A DNA stretch of 64,000 nt from Burkholderiales bacterium (GTDB taxonomy: Bacteria; Pseudomonadota; Gammaproteobacteria; Burkholderiales; SG8-39): the NCBI GenBank assembly GCA_035651575.1, contig DASRFM010000104.1:11197-75196 (forward strand). Direction: 5' to 3'. Below are positions 40,539 through 49,237 of this stretch, piece by piece. Made by a program: the position numbers and the translations under genes. Each line of letters opens with the position of its first letter. Within the stretch, counting starts at the first letter, position 1. Under the pieces are notes generated by a model. That model made no database searches and had not been told where the DNA came from. It worked only from the letters and a program-made list of their open reading frames with translations.

Positions 40539-41294
40539 CTACCTCCTACCTACTGACGGCAGCAGCCGCTCGGACTCGCGCTTCACCACGGAATAGCACT
40601 CACAGGCGCGCTTCTCGAGGCCCGCACGGTCGAGCACGGTGATCATGCCGCGGCGGTACGTGATCAGGCCTTCGCGCTCGAGCTTCCCGGCTGACTCCGT
40701 GACGCCCTGGCGGCGCACACCGAGCATGTTGGAGATCAGCTCCTGCGTCATCTGCAGCGTGTTGCTGGGCAATCGGTCAAGACTGAGTAGCAGCCAGCGA
40801 CAAAGCTGCTGATCCACGGAGTGGTGCAGATTGCAGACTGCGGTCTGCGAGATCTGGGTGATCAGCGCCTGTGTGTACTTCAAAAGGATGAGCTGCAGCG
40901 CCCCGCCCTCGGCGAAGGCCGCCTTTACCGCGCGCGCCGGCAGGCGATAAGCCTTGCAGGCGCTCTGTACGACACCCCGGTTCGGCGTCGTTTCGCCGCC
41001 CATGAAGAGGGAGATGCCGACCATTCCCTCCTTTCCGACGACGGCGAGCTCCGCCGAGCTGCCGCTCTTGGTGACATAGAGCAGCGACACAATGCCCTCG
41101 ACCAGGAAGTACACGTATTCGAGACGCGCGCCGGATTCATATACGGAGTGGCCGAGCGGCATTCCGATCAGCTCGAGCGACGGTGCCAGGCGCTGGTAGT
41201 CGGCTGCAGGCAGCGAAGCGAGCAGCAGATTCTGAGTCGGGAGTCGTGTCTCAGACACGTTCTCGAGTGTACGAAACCGGACATACGGGCTCAA
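40539..41294 (-). CDS. Crp/Fnr-family transcriptional regulator
   Basis: 251 aa. cNMP-binding-like beta-barrel, a C-terminal HTH (TQELISNMLGVRRQGVTESAGKLEREGLI) and an ACECY tail. Confidence 0.85.
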   Translation of the reverse strand: MSPYVRFRTLENVSETRLPTQNLLLASLPAADYQRLAPSLELIGMPLGHSVYESGARLEYVYFLVEGIVSLLYVTKSGSSAELAVVGKEGMVGISLFMGGETTPNRGVVQSACKAYRLPARAVKAAFAEGGALQLILLKYTQALITQISQTAVCNLHHSVDQQLCRWLLLSLDRLPSNTLQMTQELISNMLGVRRQGVTESAGKLEREGLITYRRGMITVLDRAGLEKRACECYSVVKRESERLLPSVGRR

Positions 41295-41519
41295 CCTTGC
41301 TCATTGGACGGCGCACCACGTCACGTTTGGGCGTCAGACGGCTGCACGCATGTTTATCCGTAGATCCTGGGCTTCGCGCGCGAATTCGGCTCCGGGGGCC
41401 AACCTTATGATTCGCCCCTGTAGCGATACTGCTACTGGCCGGCGCTCTGTGATCTCTGGATAGCCGTCTGGCCTATCGGCCGGTCGTTGTCCGCAGCGTG
41501 GCGAGACTCAAGATAGCCG

Positions 41520-41930
41520 ATGCTCTGGGCGCTACCGCGGCCCGACCCGGCGAGTTCTCTTTGGCGGCTGATCGCGAGCTGCCTCGGCATTCGGTCGCTT
41601 TGGATTCTCGGATCGGACTCGCCGGAAGATCGCGCGAACCTGCTTGCGCCATCCGGGCCGATGCTCGCCTTCGCCGACGCGGCAACGTTGCGCATGTTGC
41701 GCAGGTACAGCCACGATGCCGAGCTGGTCGTCGTCCTCGACGGCGAGCGATTTGAAACGGTATGGGGACCGCGCGAGCGCAGCGGCTCGCTCGCCTCCTG
41801 GGAATGGCGCTACCTCTCGCCAACGCGCGCGTGCTACCGGGAATCGGAATGGGATCCTCGTGGCGACGGCTCCGTGGCGCGTACCGTGCGCCAGGCCCTG
41901 CTCCTGTGGCGCCGTTCTCCAGTGGGCTGA
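41520..41930 (+). CDS. hypothetical protein (weak)
   Basis: 136-aa ORF with GC-rich third codon positions. The competing minus-strand ORFs look like Arg-rich antisense artefacts. No motif recognised. Confidence 0.3.
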   Translation: MLWALPRPDPASSLWRLIASCLGIRSLWILGSDSPEDRANLLAPSGPMLAFADAATLRMLRRYSHDAELVVVLDGERFETVWGPRERSGSLASWEWRYLSPTRACYRESEWDPRGDGSVARTVRQALLLWRRSPVG

Positions 41931-41983
41931 TTCAGGCCGTCGGAGTATTGCGCCCGACTTCGCCATCGTAGAATGCGCGGGTC

Positions 41984-42958
41984 ATGCTGCGTTCCGTCCT
42001 CGCAACCGTCGCCTCTCTCGCCTGCCTCGCCTGCCTCGCCTGCGGCGCCGCGCATGCGCAGGCCTATCCGTCCAAGCCCGTCCACATCGTCGTGCCGTTT
42101 CCGCCCGGCGGCGGGACCGACGTGGTGGCGCGCGCGGTGGCGCCGAAGATGTCGGATGTGCTTGGGCAGCCGGTAATCGTTGACAACCGCGCCGGCGCCG
42201 GCGGCAACATCGGGACGGAGTACGTCGCGCGCTCGGCGCCCGACGGCTATACGCTCGTGGTCTCGAGCGCGTCGAGCGCGATCAATACCACGCTCGTCAA
42301 GAACCTTTCCTGGGACCTGTCGCGCGATTTCGCGCCGGTCGCGCTGCTGGTGCTGAACCAGCACGTCCTCGCGGCGCACCCCTCGGTGCCGGCGGCGAAC
42401 GTAAAGGAGCTGATCGCCCTCGCCAAGGCGAAGCCCGGGCAGGTGACGTACGCCTCCTACGGCAACGGCAGCTCGGCTCAGCTCTCGATGGAGCTCTTCA
42501 AGCTCATGGCCGGCGTGGACCTGCTGCACGTGCCCTACAAGGGCGCGGCGCCGGCGGTGAACGATCTCGTCGGCGGCCAGGTGAACGTGATGTTCGTCGA
42601 CGTCGCCGCGGTGCTGCCGCACCTCAGGTCGGGGCGGCTGAAGGCGCTCGCCATCGGCTCGGCGCGCCGCTTCGAGGGCCTGCCGGAGGTGCCGACGGTC
42701 GCCGAGTCGGGCTTGCCCGGCTTCGAGGCGGGCGGCTTTCTGGGGCTCGAGGCGCCGGCCGCGACGCCGCCGGCCGCCATCGCGGCGCTCAATGCCGCAG
42801 CGAACCAGGCGCTCGAGCAGCCGCAGGTGCGCGAGCGGCTCCTCGCGCTCGCCAGCCCGCCGGTCGGCGGCACGCCGGCGCAGTTCGGCGAGCGCATCCG
42901 CGCGGAGATCGACAAGTGGGCGAAGGTCATCCGCGCCGCCAACATCACCAGTGACTAG
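41984..42958 (+). CDS. Bug/TctC-family periplasmic solute-binding protein
   Basis: 324 aa. Signal peptide, YPSKPVHIVVPFPPGGGTD, NRAGAGG and SAPDGYT. Confidence 0.88.
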   Translation: MLRSVLATVASLACLACLACGAAHAQAYPSKPVHIVVPFPPGGGTDVVARAVAPKMSDVLGQPVIVDNRAGAGGNIGTEYVARSAPDGYTLVVSSASSAINTTLVKNLSWDLSRDFAPVALLVLNQHVLAAHPSVPAANVKELIALAKAKPGQVTYASYGNGSSAQLSMELFKLMAGVDLLHVPYKGAAPAVNDLVGGQVNVMFVDVAAVLPHLRSGRLKALAIGSARRFEGLPEVPTVAESGLPGFEAGGFLGLEAPAATPPAAIAALNAAANQALEQPQVRERLLALASPPVGGTPAQFGERIRAEIDKWAKVIRAANITSD

Positions 42959-43778
42959 CCGCAAGGCCCGGCGCCTGCGGATCTGGTATCAGAGCCTGTT
43001 CGACGCGGGCCGCCTGCCCGCCTATTTCTCCGGCATGCGCAGGCGCGCGCGCAGGCTCGCGCGCGAGGGCGTCGAGGTCGATTTCCACGGCATGGCGGAA
43101 GGCGTCTACGGCGGCGCCACGCCGGCGGACGTGGTGTCCTATCCCTACCTCGCGTCGCTGCACAACCAGTTCATCCTCGACAATGCGCTTCGCGCCGAGG
43201 CCGAGGGTTGCGACGTGTTCGCGATCGGCTCGGTGCAGGACCCGGCGCTGGAAGAAGCGCGCTCGCTCGTCGACATCCCGGTGGTCGGCTACGGCGAGTC
43301 GGCGATGCATTTCGCCTGCCTGCTCGGCGGCCGCTTCGCCTTCATCGCCTTCGGGGAGCGCTTCGACGAGATGCTCGACCTGCGCGCGAAGCGTCTCGGA
43401 TTCGCCGACCGGGCGCTGCCGACGGCGCTGATGGACGTCGACTTCGTGCAAGTCGGAGCGGGTTCACCGGTTCTGCTGAAGAAATTCAGGGAAAGCGCAA
43501 AGGCGCTGATTGCGCAGGGCGCGCAAGTCCTGATTCCCGGCCAGCTCTACCTCAGCGAGGCGATCGCGCGCGCCGGGTTGACGCGTATCGACGAAGTGCC
43601 GGTGATCGACGGGCTTGCGGCGACGCTCAAGATGGCGGAGGCCATGGCGGACCTGAAGCGCTTCGGGATTTCAGTCACCCGGCGCGGCTATGCCCATGCC
43701 CGTGCGCCGGCGCCGATCGTCGAGCACGCGCGCAAGGTCCATTCACGCCAGCACGTCGCGCGCCGACGAGCGCGCTAG
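42951..43778 (+). CDS. Asp/Glu/hydantoin racemase-superfamily protein
   Basis: GTG start overlaps the Bug stop by 8 nt. The two-lobe pattern (DVFAIGSVQDPALEEAR...VVGYGES...VLIPGQLYLSE) fits this superfamily. Confidence 0.6.
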   Translation: MTSRKARRLRIWYQSLFDAGRLPAYFSGMRRRARRLAREGVEVDFHGMAEGVYGGATPADVVSYPYLASLHNQFILDNALRAEAEGCDVFAIGSVQDPALEEARSLVDIPVVGYGESAMHFACLLGGRFAFIAFGERFDEMLDLRAKRLGFADRALPTALMDVDFVQVGAGSPVLLKKFRESAKALIAQGAQVLIPGQLYLSEAIARAGLTRIDEVPVIDGLAATLKMAEAMADLKRFGISVTRRGYAHARAPAPIVEHARKVHSRQHVARRRAR

Positions 43779-45101
43779 CGCGCGGATCCGCTCGCGGAGC
43801 CTCCTCGCTCCGTCCGCGCCGAAGCGCAACGCTGCGTTGGCGTCGAACTTGCGGTCGATTTCTTCCCGCGTGAAGGGCCGCTCCGGCGAGCCCCTCACCT
43901 GCTCGACGCGCTCCTCCATCACCCGTCCATCCTTGGTGCGAGCCAGCACGCGGCCGGCGAAGCGCTGCGGGAATCCGGAGTCGCTCCAGGGCTGCCATGA
44001 GACGCGCCTCGCGAGCTCGAGCGCGTCGCGCCGGTCGGCGGCGCCGGAGAACGCGCGCACGCCGGCCTCGCCGTCGAGCAGCACGAGCGCCAGCCCATAC
44101 GGCAGGCTGAACTTCGCGTCGTAGCCCGAGGCCGGCGCAAGCTTGCGCTCCCAGGGGTCGCAAATGAGCATCGCCTCTTCGCCCGGCACGAAGCACTCGA
44201 CGGCCGCGACGTCGGCGGCGCGCAGGCCCTTCGCGCGCAGCCGCTCCGCGCATTCCAGGAACGGATGCATATAGTGGCAGCACGGATAGCCCTTGAGCGA
44301 GGCTTCGAGCAGCACCCAGCGCCGCCCGAGCGAATCGAGCTCGGCCGAGAGGCGCGCGGGCGCCGAGTCGTCGCCGGCGTAGCAGCGATAGAAGCCGTGC
44401 GTCCCCTCGAGGATGGTGCCCGGCCCGGTCATGCCGCCGGCCGCGAGCTGCGCCGCCACCAGGCCGCCGTGCGCCGCCCAGCCGGCGTGCATCGACTTCA
44501 CCGTCGCACCCTGCGACAGGAACTCGAACACGCCGCCGCCCTGGCTGCCGGCGATTCCCATCGCGTTCACCGCTTCCGCCACGGGGCGGCGCGCAAGGCG
44601 CGCCGCGATCAGCGCCGCAATGAACGGCCCGCCGACGGCGGTGACCTGGAACCCGCGGCGCTGGAACGCGCCGGGTGCCGCGAGGCCGAGCCGAACCATG
44701 AGCTCCCACCCTGCGACGACTGCCGCAAGCAGATCGGCGCCCGAGGCGCCGTGCTTCTCGGCCGCGGCGAACGCCGCGGCGACGATCACGGCGCTGCCGT
44801 GGACGATGGAGGCGGTGTGCGTGTCGTCGAACTCGAGAGAGTGCACCAGCGTCCCGTTCAGCAGCGCGGCGCTCGGCGCCGGAAGCCGGCCCGGAAAGCC
44901 GAAGGGGCTCGCTTCTTCTCCCTTGCCCAAGGCTTGAACCGCGCCGTGCATCCCCTGAGCTTCCGGAACGGAAGAAGCCGCGATGCCGACGCCCACCGCA
45001 TCGAGGATGTGATCCAGCGCGCACTCCGCGACTTCCTTCGGAATCGTGCCCGCGTCGAGCGCAAAGGCGAACTGCGCCATGCGCTCGCTCAGCGTCGGCA
45101 T
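43743..45101 (-). CDS. MmgE/PrpD-family protein
   Basis: Trimmed to MPTLSERMAQFAF. LNGTLVHSLEFDDTH and the following blocks are typical of the 2-methylcitrate dehydratase-like family. Confidence 0.85.
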   Translation of the reverse strand: MPTLSERMAQFAFALDAGTIPKEVAECALDHILDAVGVGIAASSVPEAQGMHGAVQALGKGEEASPFGFPGRLPAPSAALLNGTLVHSLEFDDTHTASIVHGSAVIVAAAFAAAEKHGASGADLLAAVVAGWELMVRLGLAAPGAFQRRGFQVTAVGGPFIAALIAARLARRPVAEAVNAMGIAGSQGGGVFEFLSQGATVKSMHAGWAAHGGLVAAQLAAGGMTGPGTILEGTHGFYRCYAGDDSAPARLSAELDSLGRRWVLLEASLKGYPCCHYMHPFLECAERLRAKGLRAADVAAVECFVPGEEAMLICDPWERKLAPASGYDAKFSLPYGLALVLLDGEAGVRAFSGAADRRDALELARRVSWQPWSDSGFPQRFAGRVLARTKDGRVMEERVEQVRGSPERPFTREEIDRKFDANAALRFGADGARRLRERIRALARSSARDVLA

Positions 45102-45103
45102 GC

Positions 45104-46453
45104 TCAGGCCCCGCCGCGCCGGATTTCGGCGGCGGCCGCCCGCCCCGAGAGGTAGCCGAGGCCGATGGCGCTCAGCAGGCCGTTGCCCGAGAGATAGCCG
45201 AGCGCGCCGCTGCGCCCGCTGATGCCGGCGGCGGCGCCGCCGCCGGCGAAGAGGTTGCGGATCGGCGTCCCGGCGCGCGACAGCACGCGGCCATCGGCGT
45301 CCGTCTTCAGGCCGCCCTGCGTGTGGAAGAGGCCCGGAACGACCTGCGCGGTCCAGAACGGCGGCTGCAGCGGCGCCATCGCGAAGGAGGTGCGGCCGAA
45401 GGGATCGGGGTGCTCGCCCCGCGCGGCGGCGTTGTACGCCTCGATCGTTCTCTTCAAGGCTGGAGAAGCGTCGAGAGGCTTGATGCCGCCGTAGTCCAGG
45501 AGCTCCTTGAATTCCTCCTCGCGCTGCGCGACGCGGCAGATGCGGTCGTCGAACACCGCGAAGACCTTGCCCGCCTGCGCGAGCACGACTTTCGCAAAGC
45601 CGGAATAGCCGAGTCCCTCGTTGCCGAAGCGCCCGCCATTCTCGTCGACCAGGATCCCGCCCTTCTCGATCGTGGTCCACGAGAGGAGCTGGCCGTGGGG
45701 ATAGGCGACCGCGGCGTAGCCCTGATAGGCGCCCATGTTGGCGAGCGCGGCATCGAGCCGCCGGCCCCAGAGCACCGCCTCGCCAGTCGAGCCGAGCGCG
45801 CCGAAGTACTGCGCGCCGGCGATCTCGCCACAGTACTCGCGCACGAGACCGGCGTTAGCGGCGAAGCCGTTGCAGGCGAGGACGATCTTCTTCGCACGGA
45901 TGCGTGTTTCGCTGGTGCGGGCGCCGCCCACGAGCGCGCCCGCCAGCACGCCGCTCGAGTCGGCAATCAGCTCCTTGACCCCGTTACCCGCCGCGAGCGG
46001 GATGTCGCGGCTCTCCGCCGCCTTCAGCAGGTCCTCGAGAAGGTCGCGCCCGCGGCGCGACTTCGGCGCATGCAGCCGCGGCACCGAGTGGCCGACGTGG
46101 GCGTAGTCGGTGATGATGCTCATGCGCGCGCCGACCCGGTCCACGAGCCATTCGCAAAGCGGCGCCGAGATCTCCACCAGCCGGCGCATCACCTCCGGAA
46201 CGTCGTGCGGGCCGGCGACGCGCTGGTAGTCCGCAAGCATCGTCTCCACCGAGTCGCGGATCCCCGCCTCGCGCTGGAAGCGGCTGCCGGCGCCGGGCAC
46301 CGAGCCGGTCGAGAGCGCGGTGTTGCCGCCCGGACGCTCGAGCTTTTCCACCACCGCCGCCTGCAGGCCCTCGTCGTGCCCTGCGATCGCCGCCGCGAGG
46401 CCGCACGCGCCCGCCCCGACCGCGAGCAAGTCCACTTCCATGTCCCAGTTCAT
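45104..46453 (-). CDS. FAD-dependent oxidoreductase (FAD_binding_2; fumarate reductase / TcuA / KstD-like flavoprotein)
   Basis: Trimmed to MNWDMEVDLLAVGAGACGLAAA (GxGxxG). C-terminal LFAGGGAAAG. 4-nt overlap with the upstream PrpD-like stop. Confidence 0.8.
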   Translation of the reverse strand: MNWDMEVDLLAVGAGACGLAAAIAGHDEGLQAAVVEKLERPGGNTALSTGSVPGAGSRFQREAGIRDSVETMLADYQRVAGPHDVPEVMRRLVEISAPLCEWLVDRVGARMSIITDYAHVGHSVPRLHAPKSRRGRDLLEDLLKAAESRDIPLAAGNGVKELIADSSGVLAGALVGGARTSETRIRAKKIVLACNGFAANAGLVREYCGEIAGAQYFGALGSTGEAVLWGRRLDAALANMGAYQGYAAVAYPHGQLLSWTTIEKGGILVDENGGRFGNEGLGYSGFAKVVLAQAGKVFAVFDDRICRVAQREEEFKELLDYGGIKPLDASPALKRTIEAYNAAARGEHPDPFGRTSFAMAPLQPPFWTAQVVPGLFHTQGGLKTDADGRVLSRAGTPIRNLFAGGGAAAGISGRSGALGYLSGNGLLSAIGLGYLSGRAAAAEIRRGGA

Positions 46454-47808
46454 TCGAAGATCGAGGCCATCCAGTCCCTGAACGGCAAGCTCGCATCGCC
46501 GTTCAACGCAGAAAGGCGAGAGAAAAGACGAGGCGCAGATGACGCGGACAATGCCTGGATCTTCGCCGCGATCTCCTCCTCGGCGAAGGGCTGGTCGGCG
46601 CCGCCGCGGGCGCTCCCCCGCCCGGCGACGAGCTGCTCGCCGCTTTCCAGGCGCACGGTGACGCGCCCCGGGCGGTCGAGCGGCCACGGCCGCACGTCGG
46701 GATGCGGCTTCATCTGCACCTTGCTGCGCAGGCCGGAGACGCGCGCGTCGGAGAGCGAGGCGCTCGCAAAAGCCCGTACGCCGCCATCGCCGTAGACCAT
46801 GGTGGCGGCCAGCGCGTGCGGCAGCGAGAACTTGGCGGCGAGCGAGGTCTCCGGCCGGTAATTGTCGAGGGTCATGCCGAGCGGATGCGTCTCGACCTCG
46901 ATGGCAGCGACGCCGCGGCCGCCCTGCAGGTCCGGGCGCTTGCGCAGGATCTCGCCCAGCGCATCGAGCGAGCCGTGGGCGTACTGGCAGCACGCATAAA
47001 GCTTCTGGTAGCCGTCGCAGACCGCCCAGTCCTTGCCGAGTCCGGCGGCGAGCTCCTCCGGCTGCGTGTCGCCGTGGAAGGCGGAAGCGTACACATCGAA
47101 GGGGCTTGCATCGCAACCGCCGATGCCGGCGCGCGCCAGCTCGACCGCCAGCATGCCGGTCTGCGCGCCCGCCGCCGCCCAGGCGTTGCGCACGAGCACG
47201 CCCTGGATTGCATGGTTATAGGGGCCGGGCGACACCATAGTGCTCGCGCCCGTGACTGCAAGAATGAACTGCCGGAAATCGAGCTTGCGGGCAAGCCCGA
47301 CGCCCGCGGCCGCGCCCACCGCGTTGAAGATGCCGTGGGGATGCAGCGGCGGCATGGTCGAGCGCCAGGTGCGCGCAAAGCGCGCCGCGATCTCGTAGCC
47401 GAGAGCCGCGGCGCGCACCGCCTCGCCCACCGTCAGCCCATCCTCCTCGGCCACCGCGAAAAGCGCCGGCAGCACGTAAATGCCGGCGTGGCACGGCGCC
47501 TTCCGGTAGCCTTCGTCGAGCTCGTTCCAGCTCGCGGCCAGGCCGTTGCCCACGGCAGCGCTCATCGAATCCACTTTGGGCGCGCCTTTCCTGAGAAGGG
47601 TCGCTTTTCCGCTCCGGGTGAGGCGGGCGTGAAAAGCCAGCACTTCGGGCTCGTCCTGCGCCGAGAGGATCGCCGCGATGTCGTCGCCGATGACGAGCGC
47701 GGTGCGGCGCCGCGCGGCGTCCGGCAGGTCCGCCAGTCGCACGCCGTGGGCCCACTCCAGCAGCGCGCGCACGCCCTGCGCCGCCTGCTCTCTCAGAACC
47801 ATTCCCAA
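46450..47808 (-). CDS. MmgE/PrpD-family protein (second paralog)
   Basis: 452 aa. WNELDEGYRKAPCHAG and other PrpD-fold blocks. Confidence 0.8.
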   Translation of the reverse strand: MGMVLREQAAQGVRALLEWAHGVRLADLPDAARRRTALVIGDDIAAILSAQDEPEVLAFHARLTRSGKATLLRKGAPKVDSMSAAVGNGLAASWNELDEGYRKAPCHAGIYVLPALFAVAEEDGLTVGEAVRAAALGYEIAARFARTWRSTMPPLHPHGIFNAVGAAAGVGLARKLDFRQFILAVTGASTMVSPGPYNHAIQGVLVRNAWAAAGAQTGMLAVELARAGIGGCDASPFDVYASAFHGDTQPEELAAGLGKDWAVCDGYQKLYACCQYAHGSLDALGEILRKRPDLQGGRGVAAIEVETHPLGMTLDNYRPETSLAAKFSLPHALAATMVYGDGGVRAFASASLSDARVSGLRSKVQMKPHPDVRPWPLDRPGRVTVRLESGEQLVAGRGSARGGADQPFAEEEIAAKIQALSASSAPRLFSRLSALNGDASLPFRDWMASIFE

Positions 47809-48482
47809 AGGTCCTCCTTGGCGGCGAGCTCGGCGCTCGGGCCGTCGAAGATCACCCGCCCGGTCTTCACGACCAGGGCGCGCTCGACCTCGCGCAGCGC
47901 GGCGTGGACGTTCTGCTCGACGAGCACGATGGTGGTGCGCGACTTCTCGTTGATCGCGCGCAGGCTGTGAAGCACGTCGCGCACGATGATCGGCGCGAGG
48001 CCGGTGCAGGGCTCGTCCAGCAGCAGGATCGAGGGCTGCGTCATGAGCGCCATGCCGAGCGCGAGCATCTGCTGCTGCCCGCCCGAGAGCGAGCCGGCGC
48101 GCTGCGCGCGCCGCTCCTCGAGGATCGGGAAGAGCGCGTACACCTCCGGGACGCGCGCGCGGTCGTGCAGCAGCCCGGCGATGGTCAGGTTCTGCTCCAC
48201 CGAGAGCTCGCGGAACACGTTGTGCCCCTGAGGCACGAAGCCGATGCCGCGGCGCGCATTGCGATGCACCTCGCCGGGCACGATCGGCTCGCCCCGCCAG
48301 CTCACCGCGCCGCTCACCTCGGCGACGTCGCCGATGCCGCAGCGAAGCAGCGTCGTCTTGCCGGCGCCGTTGTGGCCGAAGATGCCGACGCGCTCGCCTT
48401 CGCGCACCTCGAACGAGACGTCCTTCAGCGCCTGGAAGCCGGAGTACGCAGCGCTCACGTTCTGATAGCGCAGCACCGTCAT
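47793..48482 (-). CDS. ABC transporter ATP-binding protein, LivF-like
   Basis: Trimmed to MTVLRYQNVSAAY. GHNGAGKTT Walker A, LSGGQQQML signature, LLLDEP Walker B. Confidence 0.9.
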   Translation of the reverse strand: MTVLRYQNVSAAYSGFQALKDVSFEVREGERVGIFGHNGAGKTTLLRCGIGDVAEVSGAVSWRGEPIVPGEVHRNARRGIGFVPQGHNVFRELSVEQNLTIAGLLHDRARVPEVYALFPILEERRAQRAGSLSGGQQQMLALGMALMTQPSILLLDEPCTGLAPIIVRDVLHSLRAINEKSRTTIVLVEQNVHAALREVERALVVKTGRVIFDGPSAELAAKEDLWEWF

Positions 48483-49237
48483 CCCCCGAAGTAGAGCTCG
48501 GCCAGCGTGGGGCTGGCGAGGAGATCCGCGATCGCGCCGCGCTCCAGGATCCGCCCGGCCGACATGAAGACCGCGCTCGTGCACAGGTCCTTGATGAAGG
48601 AGATGTTGTGCTCCACCACGCAGACGGCGCGGCCCGCCTCCGCCTCGCGGCGCACCACGGCCTTCATCGTCTCGTAGGCCTGGCCCTCGACGCCGGCCAT
48701 CGGCTCGTCGAGCAGCAGGCAGCGGCCGTCGTTCATGAGCGCGCGCGCCAGCCCGACGAGCTTCTGCTGCCCGTACGGCAGGTCCACCACGGCGCTGTCG
48801 GCGAGCTGCGCGAGGCCCATGCGGCCGAGGATGCCGAGCGCGCGCTCGCAGGCCTCGGCATCGGCGGCGTGCACGCCGGCGGGCGCGAAGCACAGGCGCG
48901 CGAGCGACTCGCCGGCATAGCGCTGCGGCGCGAGCACCAGGTTCTCGAGCACGCTCATGGTGCGGAACAGGCGCATGTTCTGCCACGTGCGCGTCACGCC
49001 GAGGCGCGCGCGCTCGTGGATCGCCTTGCCCGCGACGCTCGCGCCCGCCACGCGGATGTCGCCCGAGTCCGCGGGCACCACGCCCGAGACGATGTTGAAG
49101 AGCGAGGTCTTGCCGGCGCCGTTCGGGCCGATCAGGCCGAGGATCTGGCCGCGCTCGATCTCGAGCGTGATCTCGTCGGCGACCACGATGCCGCCAAAGC
49201 GCTTGCTGATCCGCTCGAGCTCGAGCACCGCGCTCAC
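48479..49237 (-). CDS. ABC transporter ATP-binding protein, LivG-like
   Basis: GPNGAGKTSLFN Walker A, LPYGQQKLV, LLLDEPMAG. Confidence 0.9.
   Translation of the reverse strand: MSAVLELERISKRFGGIVVADEITLEIERGQILGLIGPNGAGKTSLFNIVSGVVPADSGDIRVAGASVAGKAIHERARLGVTRTWQNMRLFRTMSVLENLVLAPQRYAGESLARLCFAPAGVHAADAEACERALGILGRMGLAQLADSAVVDLPYGQQKLVGLARALMNDGRCLLLDEPMAGVEGQAYETMKAVVRREAEAGRAVCVVEHNISFIKDLCTSAVFMSAGRILERGAIADLLASPTLAELYFGG

Noticed and set aside
41311-41335. Inverted 12-mer AAACGTGACGTG, related to the integrase-remnant 20-mer
   Set aside because: A 12-nt match built on a near-palindromic ACGTNACGT core is at chance level for this window size.
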